DNA of 64,000 nt from Octopus vulgaris. Its lineage: Eukaryota. The stretch lies in contig OX597814.1 in NCBI GenBank assembly GCA_951406725.2, positions 203,236,001 to 203,300,000 on the forward strand, given 5' to 3'. Of the stretch, positions 62,903 through 64,000 are shown one piece after another. The notes under the pieces were generated by a model. It searched no databases. It saw nothing but the letters and a program-made list of their open reading frames with translations, and was not told where the DNA came from. The position numbers and the translations under genes are program-made. The number at the start of each line of letters is the position of its first letter. The first letter of the stretch is position 1.

Positions 62903-63221
62903 ATGCATACATATATTTCATCATCATCATTTAATGTCCATTTTCCATTCTGGCATCAGTTGGATGGTTTGACAGAGGCTGGTGAGCCAGAGGACTGTGC
63001 CATACTTCAATGTCTGCTTTAGCTTCGTTTTTGTGTCTGGATGCCCTTCTAAATGTCAACCACTTTACAGAGTGTACTGGGTGTGTTTTTTTATGTGGCT
63101 CCAGCACTAGAGAGGTTACTAAGTAACTTACTAGGGAAGACACCCCAAATGAGATGGGGTGTAGTGTTGAAAAGAAGTGGCTTTGTGCCAGATGAGGAGA
63201 AGTTAGTTTGATAATGATGAA

Positions 63222-63565
63222 ATTATTGCATATACTGCTCAGGTGCACTATAACTCGTCAAAGGTGCATGTACAGTACATAGAATTATGTACAAAAGTGA
63301 ACAGTGTATGGAGTCATGATATACATGTGTGCATGCATATGGAGGCAGGATATCAGGTGTAGTGTTGGTGAATTTCAGGAAGCATGGAGGTTTTAAAGGA
63401 CGCAATGTCTCGGCAACTAACAGCTGATGCAGGTAGTTTGTTCCATGCTTCAACAACTCTGAGTGTGAAAAAATGTTTCCTAAAGTCATGGGAGCTGTGC
63501 TGTTTTCTGACTTCATGGGCATACCCACGAGTGTTAGACACACGGAGCTCAAGGTGGTTGTTGGT
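63222..63565 (-). mobile_element. Second copy of the same CR1/L2-type 3' end
   Basis: SNTRGYAHEVRKQHSSHDFRKHFFTLRVVEAWNKLP, near-identical to the copy at 53630-53740. Confidence 0.85.
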
Positions 63566-64000
63566 GCGTTGGTTAATAAGTTTCATAAGGAGGACAGGAA
63601 CAGGTGTCATGCTGTGGGGGAAATACGTGGTTCTTCCAGTCAGAAGATGGTGGTGAAGTCAGGGTGTACCTAAGAGTTACAGGAAGGTAAACTGAATATA
63701 AATGGTATGGGTGAGTAAGTTAGTTTGTAGAGGTGAGTGGAGGCTAGGATCTTTTGTGAATATCTGTTGGAGGTTATAGGAGTGGGTCAGGTAGATAATA
63801 GGTGAGTGTGATGCACAGAGCTTGGGGCAAAGTCAGAAGTAACGGGAAGGGAAGAAGGCCACTGGCAAAATGTGGGTTTGTACAGAAAAAGGATAGGTGA
63901 AAATGGTGTTCAGTATAATAAGGAGGTAAGGGAAGATATGAGGGCACATTTAGCTGGAAGTGGTCTCAATCACAGGAACTGAATGGACAGTCCTGTAATT

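Overview
AT-rich, repeat-dense eukaryotic genomic DNA. The SINE families (CORE-type and Nin/Deu-type tRNA-derived SINEs, RTE-type (GAT)n tails) point to an Octopus genome; this is recognition by eye, not a database result. Two spliced genes were rebuilt by hand from GT-AG junctions and reading-frame phase. The first is the 3' part of a non-classical cadherin on + (seven exons, 488-28591: last cadherin repeats, TM helix, and a tail with FPPPP, PxxDY and PDZ-binding motifs). The second is a complete four-exon eIF1/SUI1 gene on - (44671-43115, 111 aa) whose AUG is in poor context. The rest is SINEs, RTE/CR1-type LINE fragments, a Penelope-like element (PLE) fragment, a mariner, MITEs, a Helitron-like element and microsatellites. 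The most striking signal is six small PLE-type insertions, most of them fold-back and three flanked by 14-16 bp direct repeats, carrying ten minimal type I hammerhead ribozyme motifs. Their cores show three versions of the tertiary 3-8 base pair: canonical C3-G8, U3-A8 and G3-C8. Most short ORFs in the supplied track are repeat or microsatellite artefacts.
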